In this document: in pieces, positions 1 through 9,397 of the stretch
Position numbering within the stretch: position 1 is the first letter of the stretch
Layout: the number at the start of each line of letters is the position of its first letter
Assembly: GCA_018667355.1 (NCBI GenBank)
Contig: JABIVC010000013.1
Location: forward strand, 3,296-67,295
Reading direction: 5' to 3'
DNA length: 64,000 nucleotides
Origin: Gammaproteobacteria bacterium
GTDB lineage: Bacteria > Pseudomonadota > Gammaproteobacteria > GCA-002705445 > GCA-002716945
The notes under the pieces: generated by a model
Seen by the model: only the letters and a program-made list of their open reading frames with translations
Databases searched by the model: none
Told to the model about the DNA's origin: nothing
Translations under genes and position numbers: made by a program

Positions 1-2
1 GG

Positions 3-146
3 TCAATAATAAATGCAATTTTTGGGTTGAGAGTATCTATGAAAGAAGAGGAAGAAGGAGTAGATATATCAGAATGTGGCTTAGAAGCTTATCCTGAGTT
101 TAGTAAATCATTTAATGGAGGACCATCCGTTTATCCAAAAAAATAA
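3..146 (+). CDS. 3' end of an ammonium transporter (Amt family), C-terminal tail only; N-terminus lies before the window
   Basis: Frame 3 reads ...FGLRVSMKEEEEGVDISECGLEAYPEF...K*. This matches the conserved Amt C-terminal tail GLRV-(acidic)-EG-D-(S/N)-HGE-AY. Stop TAA at 144-146. Confidence 0.45.
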   Translation, partial: SIINAIFGLRVSMKEEEEGVDISECGLEAYPEFSKSFNGGPSVYPKK

Positions 147-163
147 TTTTTAAACAATATCAC

Positions 164-195
164 AAAAAGGCATAATATATTATTATGCCTTTTTA
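164..195. terminator. Bidirectional rho-independent terminator hairpin between the convergent amt (+) and speE (-) genes
   Basis: Inverted repeat aaaaaggcataata/tattatgccttttt, flanked by A-runs on one side and T-runs on the other. Confidence 0.5.
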
Positions 196-902
196 CATTT
201 TATAAATGACCATAACCCTAATGGGTAAATTGGCATATTAAACTCATGCAGAGATATCTCTTTAAAACCATACTTTTCTAATTTCCTAATAGTTGGTTTT
301 ATTAATTTTTCACCATCAAGATATGGAGATCCACTTTGCTGTATCAATGTGCCACTATCTTTGAGAATTTTACATAAATTAATATAAAATTTTGTAGAAT
401 AAAGTTTTTCAGCTATCAAATTAGGATCAGTACAATCAACTATTACAACATCATATTTTAGAGAGGTATTATTTTTAATCCAGTCGTATCCATCTTCTAT
501 TGTTACATCTACTTTATTCTTGAGTTCTTTTTTTAATTTATAAAATGAAGGAAAAAATTTCTTACATACATCAACTACCAGGTTATCTATTTCTACTATT
601 CGTATGCTCTTAATATTCTGTTCTTTAAATAATCCTCTAATTAAGCCATAATCACCGCCACCTATTATTAAGAGGTTTATATCTTTTAAATTTTTATCAA
701 TCAGTGAAATACACTTATTATGGTATTGATCATTATTTTTTTCAGTCAGCATAAAGCAGTCATCTAGTGTAAGTATGTTCCCATATTTTCTAGATGAGTA
801 TACTTTTATTTTCTGATATTTTGACACTGATTTATATAATAGCTTTTCGCATTCTATACCAAACTGTGTTCCTGATTCTTTGTTATATTCTTTTATTAAC
901 AT
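183..902 (-). CDS. speE: Spermidine synthase (polyamine aminopropyltransferase)
   Basis: LLIIGGGDYG matches the E. coli VLIIGGGDG motif. VVIVDCTDP matches DVIISDCTDP. The N-terminal region aligns with E. coli SpeE. Confidence 0.7.
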   Translation of the reverse strand: MLIKEYNKESGTQFGIECEKLLYKSVSKYQKIKVYSSRKYGNILTLDDCFMLTEKNNDQYHNKCISLIDKNLKDINLLIIGGGDYGLIRGLFKEQNIKSIRIVEIDNLVVDVCKKFFPSFYKLKKELKNKVDVTIEDGYDWIKNNTSLKYDVVIVDCTDPNLIAEKLYSTKFYINLCKILKDSGTLIQQSGSPYLDGEKLIKPTIRKLEKYGFKEISLHEFNMPIYPLGLWSFIKCKKA

Positions 903-994
903 AATTCTTTATATATAATAATATTGTCCTAGAGTTTTTCTAATTTAAGATTATACTCTCATAATATTATTTTTTAAAATAAAGGATTAAAGAA

Positions 995-1378
995 ATGGCT
1001 CTTCAACACAAACATCTTCTAATAAGAGCAGAAGTTGCCAATTGCCCTATGAGAGATGATCTTGGATATGTCTTAGATTGGATGCAAAGTCTTATTAAAA
1101 AAATTGATATGAAACTTTTGCAAGGCCCTAATATCTCTTATATAGATCAGAAAGGAAATAGAGGGATTACATGTATGGCTTTAATTGAAACCAGCCATAT
1201 TGTTTTACATATCTGGGACGAACAAAAACCAGGATTATTTCAGTTAGATGTATATAGTTGTAAATCTTTTGACCTTAACATAGTCATTAGTCACTTGCGT
1301 GACTCATTTGATGTTTCTAAACTCCAATACAAATTCTTAGATAGAAAGAAAGACCTTATCATGATTGATGAGAATTAA
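995..1378 (+). CDS. speH: S-adenosylmethionine decarboxylase proenzyme, small pyruvoyl-dependent type (SpeH/SpeD class 1)
   Basis: 127 aa. Contains the ETSHI self-cleavage motif (the Ser becomes pyruvoyl) followed by HIWDE/HTWPE-like sequence. Divergent from speE. Confidence 0.65.
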   Translation: MALQHKHLLIRAEVANCPMRDDLGYVLDWMQSLIKKIDMKLLQGPNISYIDQKGNRGITCMALIETSHIVLHIWDEQKPGLFQLDVYSCKSFDLNIVISHLRDSFDVSKLQYKFLDRKKDLIMIDEN

Positions 1379-1383
1379 CCGAA

Positions 1384-2226
1384 TTATTTAGATTTTTTCA
1401 ATTCCAGGTCATACCCTATCTTAGCGATGACATAATTGAGTAGTAAGCATGTTTTTTTATATAGTTCAGAACCTTTTCTATAGTCAGCTTCAGCAATAAA
1501 GTCAACTCTATTTGCATTGGATAGTTCCTGACATATTTTAACTTGGTCATTCAACTTCTTTTGATAAACTGCTATAGAGTGACCTCCTTCTTTTTTAATT
1601 AGGGCCATACTAGGAACATCGGTCAATCCATCTCCTATATAAATCATATTGTCAAATGGAATAGGCCTTTTTTCTTCAGACATATGAGTATTAATACTTT
1701 CCGATAAATTTTCTTTGCCTTTATTTATTCTAAATAAATATTGCGTCTTTGTTGTATCAGTAACAACAATCTTTGGGAACACAGCATGTTTACTTGTATT
1801 ATAAAAATATTCAGATGCAAAAATCTTTTTTATATATTTCTTGATAGATATTCCTTCTAGAATTTCGATATGTCCTGCAGATATAATATAATGATGAATT
1901 TCAATATTATTTTTAGATAACTTTTTTATATATTTATTTATATTTCCAAACCACTCCGTAACTCCTTGATAATATTTGATATCTTTCCCCATTTTATAAA
2001 ATTCATTTTTAGATATTTTTATATTTTTATCTTTTGCTTGATCCAATAAATGTCTCATGAAGATCATCATTGTTTCACCGCCAGTTTTATGTGACTCTTC
2101 ATTAATTGAATCCCAGAATTTTTTAGGACTGATACCTAGCTTTGGAAGTAGCGTATACTCTTGCATAGTTTTTGGGGTAAGGGTTCCATCAAAGTCATAT
2201 ATTAGAGCAATTTTGTTCTGTTTCAT
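1384..2226 (-). CDS. HAD-superfamily subfamily IB hydrolase (phosphoserine-phosphatase / MtnX-like phosphatase); substrate unknown
   Basis: DFDGTLT (HAD motif I), YIISAGH (motif II-like), IGDGLTDV (motif IV). Confidence 0.5.
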   Translation of the reverse strand: MKQNKIALIYDFDGTLTPKTMQEYTLLPKLGISPKKFWDSINEESHKTGGETMMIFMRHLLDQAKDKNIKISKNEFYKMGKDIKYYQGVTEWFGNINKYIKKLSKNNIEIHHYIISAGHIEILEGISIKKYIKKIFASEYFYNTSKHAVFPKIVVTDTTKTQYLFRINKGKENLSESINTHMSEEKRPIPFDNMIYIGDGLTDVPSMALIKKEGGHSIAVYQKKLNDQVKICQELSNANRVDFIAEADYRKGSELYKKTCLLLNYVIAKIGYDLELKKSK

Positions 2227-3926
2227 TACATATCCTCTGGAGCATTTATATTGAATAAATTTAAGCCGTCTTTTAGAACTTTTTGAATCGCAATAATAAG
2301 TGATACCCTACTGTAATTAATTTCATCATCTATAATTTTTATATTTCCATAATAACTATGAAAGCTCTGAGATAATTTATAGAGGTAATTAGTAATCATT
2401 TGAGGCTGAAGAGTATTTATAGCCATTCTAAATGTATCCTCATAGCTGTTAAGCAGTCTTAGCAATGCTTGCTCCTTAGATTCTAGTAATTGTGCATTAT
2501 CAAAATCTAATTTGTTTAAGTCAATTTTTGATTTTATTTTCTCAATCCTAGCATGAGCATATTGAATATAATAAACTGGATTATCTTTGTCCTTAGAAAG
2601 AGCTGTATTGATATCAAAATCTAGGTGTTGCTCAATCTTTTTATCTATATAGAAGAAGTTTATTGCATCTGAGCCTATTTCATCGATAAGAGACTTTAGC
2701 GTGATAAACTCACCAGACCTTGTTGACATGGATATTTTTTCTCCATCTCTATACAGGTTTGCAAATTGTATTAAATGAATAGATATTTTTGTTGTATCAT
2801 AGCCTATTCCTTTTAGCGCATTAAGCAGTCTTGGAACATAACCATGATGATCAGAGCCCCATACATTAATTATCTGGTCATATTTTTTTAGCTTAATAGA
2901 ATGATATGCAATATCAGTTGCAAAATATGTTAGGGCGCCATTAGCCCTGACGAGAACTCTATCTTTATCATCACCATATTTTGTAGATTTAAACCATATG
3001 GCACCATCTTTCAAATATGATAAATCTTTATCTTTTATTTTATCTAGAATATTATAAACAAAATTATTTTTAATAAGTTCACTCTCAAGAAACCAGTTAG
3101 AAAATACTACATCCAACTCATCAAGATCTATTTTTATATACTCATAAATTATGATATCAATAACAGAGTTACGTAATTCAAGATAGGAATCCAAATTAAC
3201 CATAATATACTCTAAAAAAGAAGAGAAGCTGTCTTTTTTAGTTAAGTCATTCTTGAGAGGTATTAATTTATCTTCATATTTAATCTTGAGCTTGCTTGCT
3301 ATTGTTGATATATATTTACCATTATATATGTCTACATCATTAAATGGTTTTTTTAGATTCATTAGACTTAGAACAACGCTTATCGAAAGTATATCTATTT
3401 GTTTCCCTATATTATTAACATAATATTCTGTATGTACATCATGACCTTGAGTTCTTAAAATACTACATAAGGTTTTACCATAAATTAATCCTCTTCCATG
3501 TCCTACATGTAATGGCCCTGTCGGGTTAGCAGAAACAAATTCTAAATGTATTTTTTTTGGATTCATTGACTTAAAACCATCAAAAATATTTTTACTTTTA
3601 ATGATTTTTGTGACTATTGATGCTCTTGCAGAATTTTCAATAAAAAAATTAATAAATCCAGGCTTTTTAACCTCAATATTTTTTATTTGTTCATATTTTT
3701 TTTCTAATATTATAGCCTTTATTTGTTTAGCAATAGTCTCAGGATTCTTTCTTAAAAACTTACTAAGTTTCATTGCAATATTAGAGTAATAGTCTCCATG
3801 AGACTCACTAGTGGTTTTTTGCACTTCAACAAAATCAACTGATGATAAGGTCTTAGAAATAACTTCATCCTCAAGATCAATTTCTTGCAAACAACTCTCA
3901 ATAATTTTTTTTATTTTTATATTCAA
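2226..3926 (-). CDS. argS: Arginine--tRNA ligase
   Basis: SANPTGPLHVGHGRG (class I HIGH motif typical of ArgRS). About 566 aa. The start overlaps the stop of the upstream HAD gene. Confidence 0.9.
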   Translation of the reverse strand: MNIKIKKIIESCLQEIDLEDEVISKTLSSVDFVEVQKTTSESHGDYYSNIAMKLSKFLRKNPETIAKQIKAIILEKKYEQIKNIEVKKPGFINFFIENSARASIVTKIIKSKNIFDGFKSMNPKKIHLEFVSANPTGPLHVGHGRGLIYGKTLCSILRTQGHDVHTEYYVNNIGKQIDILSISVVLSLMNLKKPFNDVDIYNGKYISTIASKLKIKYEDKLIPLKNDLTKKDSFSSFLEYIMVNLDSYLELRNSVIDIIIYEYIKIDLDELDVVFSNWFLESELIKNNFVYNILDKIKDKDLSYLKDGAIWFKSTKYGDDKDRVLVRANGALTYFATDIAYHSIKLKKYDQIINVWGSDHHGYVPRLLNALKGIGYDTTKISIHLIQFANLYRDGEKISMSTRSGEFITLKSLIDEIGSDAINFFYIDKKIEQHLDFDINTALSKDKDNPVYYIQYAHARIEKIKSKIDLNKLDFDNAQLLESKEQALLRLLNSYEDTFRMAINTLQPQMITNYLYKLSQSFHSYYGNIKIIDDEINYSRVSLIIAIQKVLKDGLNLFNINAPEDM

Positions 3927-3943
3927 GCGGACTCTATAAAAGT

Positions 3944-6103
3944 TTAGTATAAGTCAATAGGATCTACATCTAGTGACCATCTAAAATTACTTTTTTTATA
4001 TTTAAGTATATATTCTCTTATTTCTGATGATTTTTGTAGTAAAAATTTTCTATTATGTGAATTAATTAGTAATTGATAATAATATCTATTATTTTTCTTT
4101 AATATTGGCGCTGGTGCTGGCCCTAATATAGTTATTTTGTTTTTATAAATATTTTTGATTTTATTCAGGAAGATTAGTCCCTCACCTTTATTATTCGAAG
4201 AAACTCTAAATAATGATAAGTATGAGTGAGGTGGTAATGAGGACTCGCTTCGATCCTTCAGTAAATCATTAGCGAAACTATTGTAACCATTATCTAATAG
4301 TTTAGTCATTATCGGATGTTTTGGTTTGCGTGTCTGTATAACTATTTTTCCTTGAGATGAGTGTCTCCCGGATCTCCCTGCTACTTGTATTATCATTTGA
4401 GCAATTTTTTCTATACCTCTAAAATCAAGACTATATAGACCAGAGTCTATATCAATAATTCCTACAAGGGTCAAATTAGGAAAATCATGACCTTTTGCAA
4501 GCATCTGAGTGCCTATTAAAATATCGATTTCTGCATTTTTGGACTTATTTATGAAATCATTTAGTTGAGAAACATTTTTGATTGTATCGCTATCAATTCT
4601 CATTATTTTAGATTTGGGAAATAGCTCTTTAGCTTTTTTCTCTATTCTTTCTGTCCCAATGCCAACAGGTACAATTTCATTTGAAGATTTACATTCACAA
4701 ATATTATTTAAATCTATTTTTTTTTGTAAGCCACAATGATGACACCATAATTTATTTTCAAATTCATGAAAAGTCATATGCACATCACATTTGTGACATT
4801 TGGATGTCCATCTGCAAACATTGCATAATAAAGTATGACTAAAACCTCTCCTTCCGACAAATAGTAATACCTGCTTTCCTTTATCTAACTCTTTTCTAAT
4901 CTCTCTAATTAATATAGGAGAAAATCCATCTCTCGTAGTATCTTTAGTAGTGTCTACTACTGTTACTTTTGGTAATTTAGTATTATAAAATCTATTCTTA
5001 AGAATAACATGCGAATACTTGTCTACTTGGCAATTATAAAGACTCTCGAAAGATGGAGTAGCGCTACCCATTAGTATTGGAATATTAATATTTTTTGCTC
5101 TGACTAATGCAACATCCCTGGAATGATATCTAAACTTTTCTGACTGCTTTAGCGAACTATCATGTTCTTCATCGATGATAATTAATCCTAATTTTTCAAA
5201 TGGTAAAAATACTGCTGAACGCGTACCAATTATAATATCAATATGTCCATTACGACAACTATCCCATACTTTTAACCTTGCATTATCAGTTAATGCAGAA
5301 TGATATACAGAAATATTAAAGTCTAGATAGTCTTGAAACCTTAAAATTGTTTGAGGAGTTAAATTAATTTCAGGAACTATTATTAAAACTTGTCTACCCC
5401 TACTAACTATTTCTTTTGCTACACTAATATATAGCTCTGTCTTGCCGCTACCGGTAACACCTTCTATTAAAGTAGGGCTGAAGCAATGAATAGTTTCGAT
5501 AATCTTTTGATATGCTAGTTCTTGCTCTTGGTTAAGACTAATAATTCTGGTCTTCTTTCTTATTTCGGCCATAAATTCTTTTTTGATAAAACCATTTTCT
5601 ATCATGGGCTTCACTAATGATTTAGGACTTATTATTGATGACTTCAACCCTTGAGATGAATTAATCTCATCATATATTTTTTTTTGAGCGGGTTTATTTT
5701 TAAAATAATCTTTTATTGCTTTATTCGTCGTAACATAGATAAATTCTCTATTATCAGGAATTATTATGTTATTTCCCACTTTAACCTTAGCGGGGAGATA
5801 GCTAAATAAAACTTGACCCAATGGATATTGGTAATAATTTGATGCCCATATTCCCAGCTTTAATAATTCCCTGGTTATAACTGGTTTCTCATCAATAATT
5901 GCATCCAAATATTTCAGCTTATACTTTAGATTTTTTGATTTTGTATTTTTTGTAGTATCAATACATAAACCTATTAATTTTTTTTTCCCAAACGGAACTT
6001 TTATGCGAATACCAGGTTTGATATTTTGTTGTTCATCTGTAGTCAAATAACTGTAAGTCCCATATAAGGGTAAATTAAAGGCAACTTTGATTATATTTTT
6101 CAT
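3944..6103 (-). CDS. priA: Primosomal protein N' (replication restart helicase PriA)
   Basis: Walker A GVTGSGKTE. DEEHD box. Cys4 zinc-binding insert CxxC...CxxC (CNVCRW..CHKCD..CHHCG). 719 aa. Confidence 0.9.
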   Translation of the reverse strand: MKNIIKVAFNLPLYGTYSYLTTDEQQNIKPGIRIKVPFGKKKLIGLCIDTTKNTKSKNLKYKLKYLDAIIDEKPVITRELLKLGIWASNYYQYPLGQVLFSYLPAKVKVGNNIIIPDNREFIYVTTNKAIKDYFKNKPAQKKIYDEINSSQGLKSSIISPKSLVKPMIENGFIKKEFMAEIRKKTRIISLNQEQELAYQKIIETIHCFSPTLIEGVTGSGKTELYISVAKEIVSRGRQVLIIVPEINLTPQTILRFQDYLDFNISVYHSALTDNARLKVWDSCRNGHIDIIIGTRSAVFLPFEKLGLIIIDEEHDSSLKQSEKFRYHSRDVALVRAKNINIPILMGSATPSFESLYNCQVDKYSHVILKNRFYNTKLPKVTVVDTTKDTTRDGFSPILIREIRKELDKGKQVLLFVGRRGFSHTLLCNVCRWTSKCHKCDVHMTFHEFENKLWCHHCGLQKKIDLNNICECKSSNEIVPVGIGTERIEKKAKELFPKSKIMRIDSDTIKNVSQLNDFINKSKNAEIDILIGTQMLAKGHDFPNLTLVGIIDIDSGLYSLDFRGIEKIAQMIIQVAGRSGRHSSQGKIVIQTRKPKHPIMTKLLDNGYNSFANDLLKDRSESSLPPHSYLSLFRVSSNNKGEGLIFLNKIKNIYKNKITILGPAPAPILKKNNRYYYQLLINSHNRKFLLQKSSEIREYILKYKKSNFRWSLDVDPIDLY

Positions 6104-6142
6104 ATCTTATTATACATTTAGGGTTGCCATCTTGAGATTTGT

Positions 6143-6177
6143 TTATCCACAGATTTTGTGAATAACTCTGTGGATAA
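6143..6177. promoter_or_regulatory. Perfect 10-bp inverted repeat ttatccacag-N15-ctgtggataa (two consensus DnaA boxes, TTATCCACA) with a TTATTCACA variant in the spacer; lies 40-75 bp upstream of the priA start
   Basis: Read directly: 6143-6151 ttatccaca, 6157-6165 tgtgaataa, 6169-6177 tgtggataa. A fourth tgtgaataa occurs at 6344-6352. Confidence 0.5.
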
Positions 6178-6510
6178 ATCGCAATATTATTACGTATATT
6201 ATTTCATCGTTATCTTTTCAACAGATCGTACATTTTATAATCAATTACATATATCTATAAATATCAATCACTTAAAGAGTTTATAAATCTTTAAGTATCA
6301 TAGAATCTTTTTAAGATTATGTTTATTACAATATTAGTATAATGTGAATAAATCCCCAAATCACTGGGTATTTGGAGTGTAGTTTACTACTAAACCCCTG
6401 AAAACATTAGGTTATTTTTTATATTTATTTTGAATCTAATAAGTAAATTGCTTCAAGTACTAATATATTTAACGATTCATACTTTTAAAATAAGCTATAA
6501 TTAAATTATA

Positions 6511-7095
6511 GTGACGAATATGCATAAAATCTTAAGATTAAACTCAGCAGGACACCCAATTGATTGGATAAATTATCAAACTGCTGCAAGGCTATATTAT
6601 CTAAATCACATTATTTGTGAATGTGGATCCTCGTCGATAAGATTAAGAGGTGGATATAACCGTCTAAAGAGGCATAGAAGCTTCTTAAACCTTAATTCCA
6701 TAGTATCTACCAATAATATTAATAAGCTTGATTATTCGGCTTTTACGCCCCCACTGGTTAATACAACTCTGTTTAAAAGAGATGGACACCAATGCCTATA
6801 TTGTGGAAATATATTCTCGCACAATCAACTATCAAGAGATCATATAATCCCGTTATCTAAAGGTGGAAATGATACATGGACCAACGTAGTGACATCTTGT
6901 AAAAGATGTAACAATTCTAAAGGAGCTAGAACTCCTGAAGATGCTAGAATGCTTCTATTAGCAATACCATTTATACCCTCCAGAGTTGAGTATATAATTC
7001 TACGTGGAAGAACAATATTGGCAGACCAAATGGAATTTTTGATTTCTCATATACCAAAGTCTAGCCCAATTTTTCAAAGATACACAAAACCTTAA
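6511..7095 (+). CDS. Stand-alone HNH endonuclease-domain protein (about 90-aa N-terminal domain plus a zinc-ribbon HNH)
   Basis: CLYCGN...DHIIPLSKGGNDTWTNVVTSCKRCNNSKG is a canonical HNH motif with CxxC...CxxC. No RuvC or other nuclease domain. 194 aa. Confidence 0.7.
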   Translation: MTNMHKILRLNSAGHPIDWINYQTAARLYYLNHIICECGSSSIRLRGGYNRLKRHRSFLNLNSIVSTNNINKLDYSAFTPPLVNTTLFKRDGHQCLYCGNIFSHNQLSRDHIIPLSKGGNDTWTNVVTSCKRCNNSKGARTPEDARMLLLAIPFIPSRVEYIILRGRTILADQMEFLISHIPKSSPIFQRYTKP

Positions 7096-7097
7096 CA

Positions 7098-8138
7098 TTG
7101 TTTTACAATAGCTCTATGACAGTAGATACAGAAAACTCGACAGTTGTTCTTTTAGTAAACCTTGGAACGCCTAATCAGCCCAATACTGAGCAAGTTAGGA
7201 TCTATCTTAGAGAATTCTTGTCTGATAAAGATGTAATCAGATTACCTAGAATCTTTTGGTTGCCTTTATTACACTTAATTATTCTAAGAATTAGACCAAA
7301 AAAAAGCGCTGCTTTATATCGGAAAGTATGGACGGAATGGGGATCTCCACTTTTGTATAATACTTTCTTGCAATGTGGAAAATTGAGACAAATTTTTAAA
7401 AATACTGACCATAATTTTATAATTGATGTGGCAATGAGATACGGTAACCCGTCTATTCATAGTAAATTGATTGAGTATCATTCCTTAGGTCATAAAAAAA
7501 TTTTGATTCTTCCTATGTTCCCTCAGTACTCAACTACAACTACAAAATCTATCGCAAATAAACTTAAGCTAATTTTACAAAATAATCCTGAGATCGATAA
7601 GCAATTAGATATTTCATTCATCAAAGATTTTCATGACAACCCTAAATATATTAGTGCATCTGCTAATCATATTAGAGAATTTCAACTAAAGAATGGGGTT
7701 CCTCAAAAATTACTTTTTTCTTTCCACGGTATACCAAAGTCTTACATTGCGAAGAATGAACCATATCAAGAGCAATGCTTGATTACTGCTAAATTAATTG
7801 CAAAGGAACTCAATCTTAATGAAGGAGATTTTGATATTGTTTTTCAATCAAGGTTTGGGAAAGCAGAATGGATACAGCCTTATTTGGCACAGACTTTAGA
7901 GGCTTACCCTTCTCAGGGCATAAAAGATATTCAAGTATTTTGCCCAGGATTTGTATCAGATTGCCTTGAAACTATAGAAGAAATTGGTGAGGAATCTAAA
8001 GAATTATTTATTGATGCTGGGGGATTAACTTATCATTTTATTCCCTGTCTTAATGGAAATAAGGGATTATTAGATACATTAAATGAGTTAATTATCAATA
8101 ATAAGAGACATTTAATAGATTACAAAAACCTATCATAA
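7098..8138 (+). CDS. hemH: Ferrochelatase
   Basis: MRYGNPSI and LPMFPQYSTTTT ferrochelatase signatures. About 346 aa. Confidence 0.85.
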   Translation: MFYNSSMTVDTENSTVVLLVNLGTPNQPNTEQVRIYLREFLSDKDVIRLPRIFWLPLLHLIILRIRPKKSAALYRKVWTEWGSPLLYNTFLQCGKLRQIFKNTDHNFIIDVAMRYGNPSIHSKLIEYHSLGHKKILILPMFPQYSTTTTKSIANKLKLILQNNPEIDKQLDISFIKDFHDNPKYISASANHIREFQLKNGVPQKLLFSFHGIPKSYIAKNEPYQEQCLITAKLIAKELNLNEGDFDIVFQSRFGKAEWIQPYLAQTLEAYPSQGIKDIQVFCPGFVSDCLETIEEIGEESKELFIDAGGLTYHFIPCLNGNKGLLDTLNELIINNKRHLIDYKNLS

Positions 8139-8145
8139 TACTCTG

Positions 8146-9396
8146 TCAAAATTTCTTGAGTTTTTTCTTCACCAAATGATGCTTTAGTTTAGCATAATCT
8201 GGTATCCCGTTTATATAAGGGGGGTAATTCTCACCTTCAATTAAATTTTTAATGTAATCTTTGCATTTTTTAGTAACACTAAAACCATCTTTGCCTATAT
8301 AAGATTTAGGAAGAGTCTTTTCTATATTTGCAACATTTTCAAGCTTTGTATAACCAATATCCCATTTATAAGAGGGAGTATTTTTTTTATTGATTGTAAG
8401 CATCACTCCGCTAGTATTGGATTTGGCATAACTGATAGCTTTATAACCTATTTGATATGCTTGTTTAACATCTACATCTGATGCGACATGTCTCGCAGCC
8501 CTCTGGAGATAATCCGATACCGCCCAATGCACCTTATAATTTAATTTGTTTGTAATAATATCTGATAATTTTGGAGCAACTCCACCAAGATGAGCATGAC
8601 CAAAACTATCTTTTTTAGTACTTGAGGCTATGAATTGATCTTTACTATCTTTGATACCTTCAGATGCAACTATAACGCAATATCCATTACTAATTACAGT
8701 TTCTCTAACTTTAGCTAAAAACCTTTTTTGGTTAAATGTTACCTCTGGTAATAATATAATATGTGGTGGCATAGTAATATTATTTTTTATAATACCAGCT
8801 GATGCGGCAAGCCAGCCAGCATGCCTACCCATAACTTCTAGTAAAAAAACTTTGGTAGATGAGTTAGCCATCGACGCTACATCCAAGGATGCTTCATATG
8901 TTGAAATAGCAATATATTTGGCGACAGAGCCAAATCCAGGACAGTTGTCAGTGATAGGCAAGTCATTATCAATTGTCTTTGGTAGCCCAATACAAGTAAT
9001 ATCATATTTATTAGCTTTGCAGTAGTTGGCAATCTTAAGAGTAGTATCTTGTGAGTCACCACCACCATTATAAAAAAAGTACCCTATATTATGTGCCTTG
9101 AAAACATCGAGTATTCTTTGAAACTCTTTTTTATTTTTTATCGGATCTTTTAGTTTGATTCTGCATGAGCCAAAAGCTCCTCCAGGAGTATGTAATAATT
9201 TATTTAATTCTTTTTTATCCTCTTTACCTACATCTATTAATTCTTCATTAATGGCCCCAGCTATTCCATTCTTTCCTACATATAATTTTCCAAAAGCTCC
9301 TTGATTTTTTGACAAAGAATCAATTAGGCCAGCAGCTGTAGCATTTATTACTGGTGTTACACCTCCAGATTGCGCATAGAAAATATTTTTTTTCAT
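8146..9396 (-). CDS. pfk: 6-phosphofructokinase (PfkA family, long ~420-aa PPi/ATP-dependent type)
   Basis: N-terminal GGVTPVINA. MGRHAGWLA motif. GIPKTIDNDL. Confidence 0.75.
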   Translation of the reverse strand: MKKNIFYAQSGGVTPVINATAAGLIDSLSKNQGAFGKLYVGKNGIAGAINEELIDVGKEDKKELNKLLHTPGGAFGSCRIKLKDPIKNKKEFQRILDVFKAHNIGYFFYNGGGDSQDTTLKIANYCKANKYDITCIGLPKTIDNDLPITDNCPGFGSVAKYIAISTYEASLDVASMANSSTKVFLLEVMGRHAGWLAASAGIIKNNITMPPHIILLPEVTFNQKRFLAKVRETVISNGYCVIVASEGIKDSKDQFIASSTKKDSFGHAHLGGVAPKLSDIITNKLNYKVHWAVSDYLQRAARHVASDVDVKQAYQIGYKAISYAKSNTSGVMLTINKKNTPSYKWDIGYTKLENVANIEKTLPKSYIGKDGFSVTKKCKDYIKNLIEGENYPPYINGIPDYAKLKHHLVKKKLKKF

Positions 9397-9397
9397 C

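Noticed and set aside
6353-6380. Small hairpin ccaaat-cactgggt-atttgg in the priA/HNH spacer
   Set aside because: It has a 6-bp stem in AT-rich DNA with no flanking T-run or conserved context. It is too weak to call a terminator or RNA element.
6104-6510. Possibility that the DnaA-box-containing spacer is the chromosomal origin oriC
   Set aside because: Only four box-like 9-mers were found, with no obvious AT-rich 13-mer DUE array or clustered GATC sites. Flanking gene orientation does not show a clean divergent leading-strand switch here: pfk, xni, M48 and rdgB to the right are on the minus strand. I kept it as a regulatory finding instead. GC skew on the full replicon would settle it.
6104-6510. 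Searched the spacer for rpmE (L31), which is divergent from priA in E. coli, and for RNase P RNA, tmRNA or SRP RNA signatures
   Set aside because: No ORF resembling L31 is present on either strand. No conserved RNase P (GGAAAGUCCGG), tmRNA tag-frame or SRP domain IV motifs are visible.
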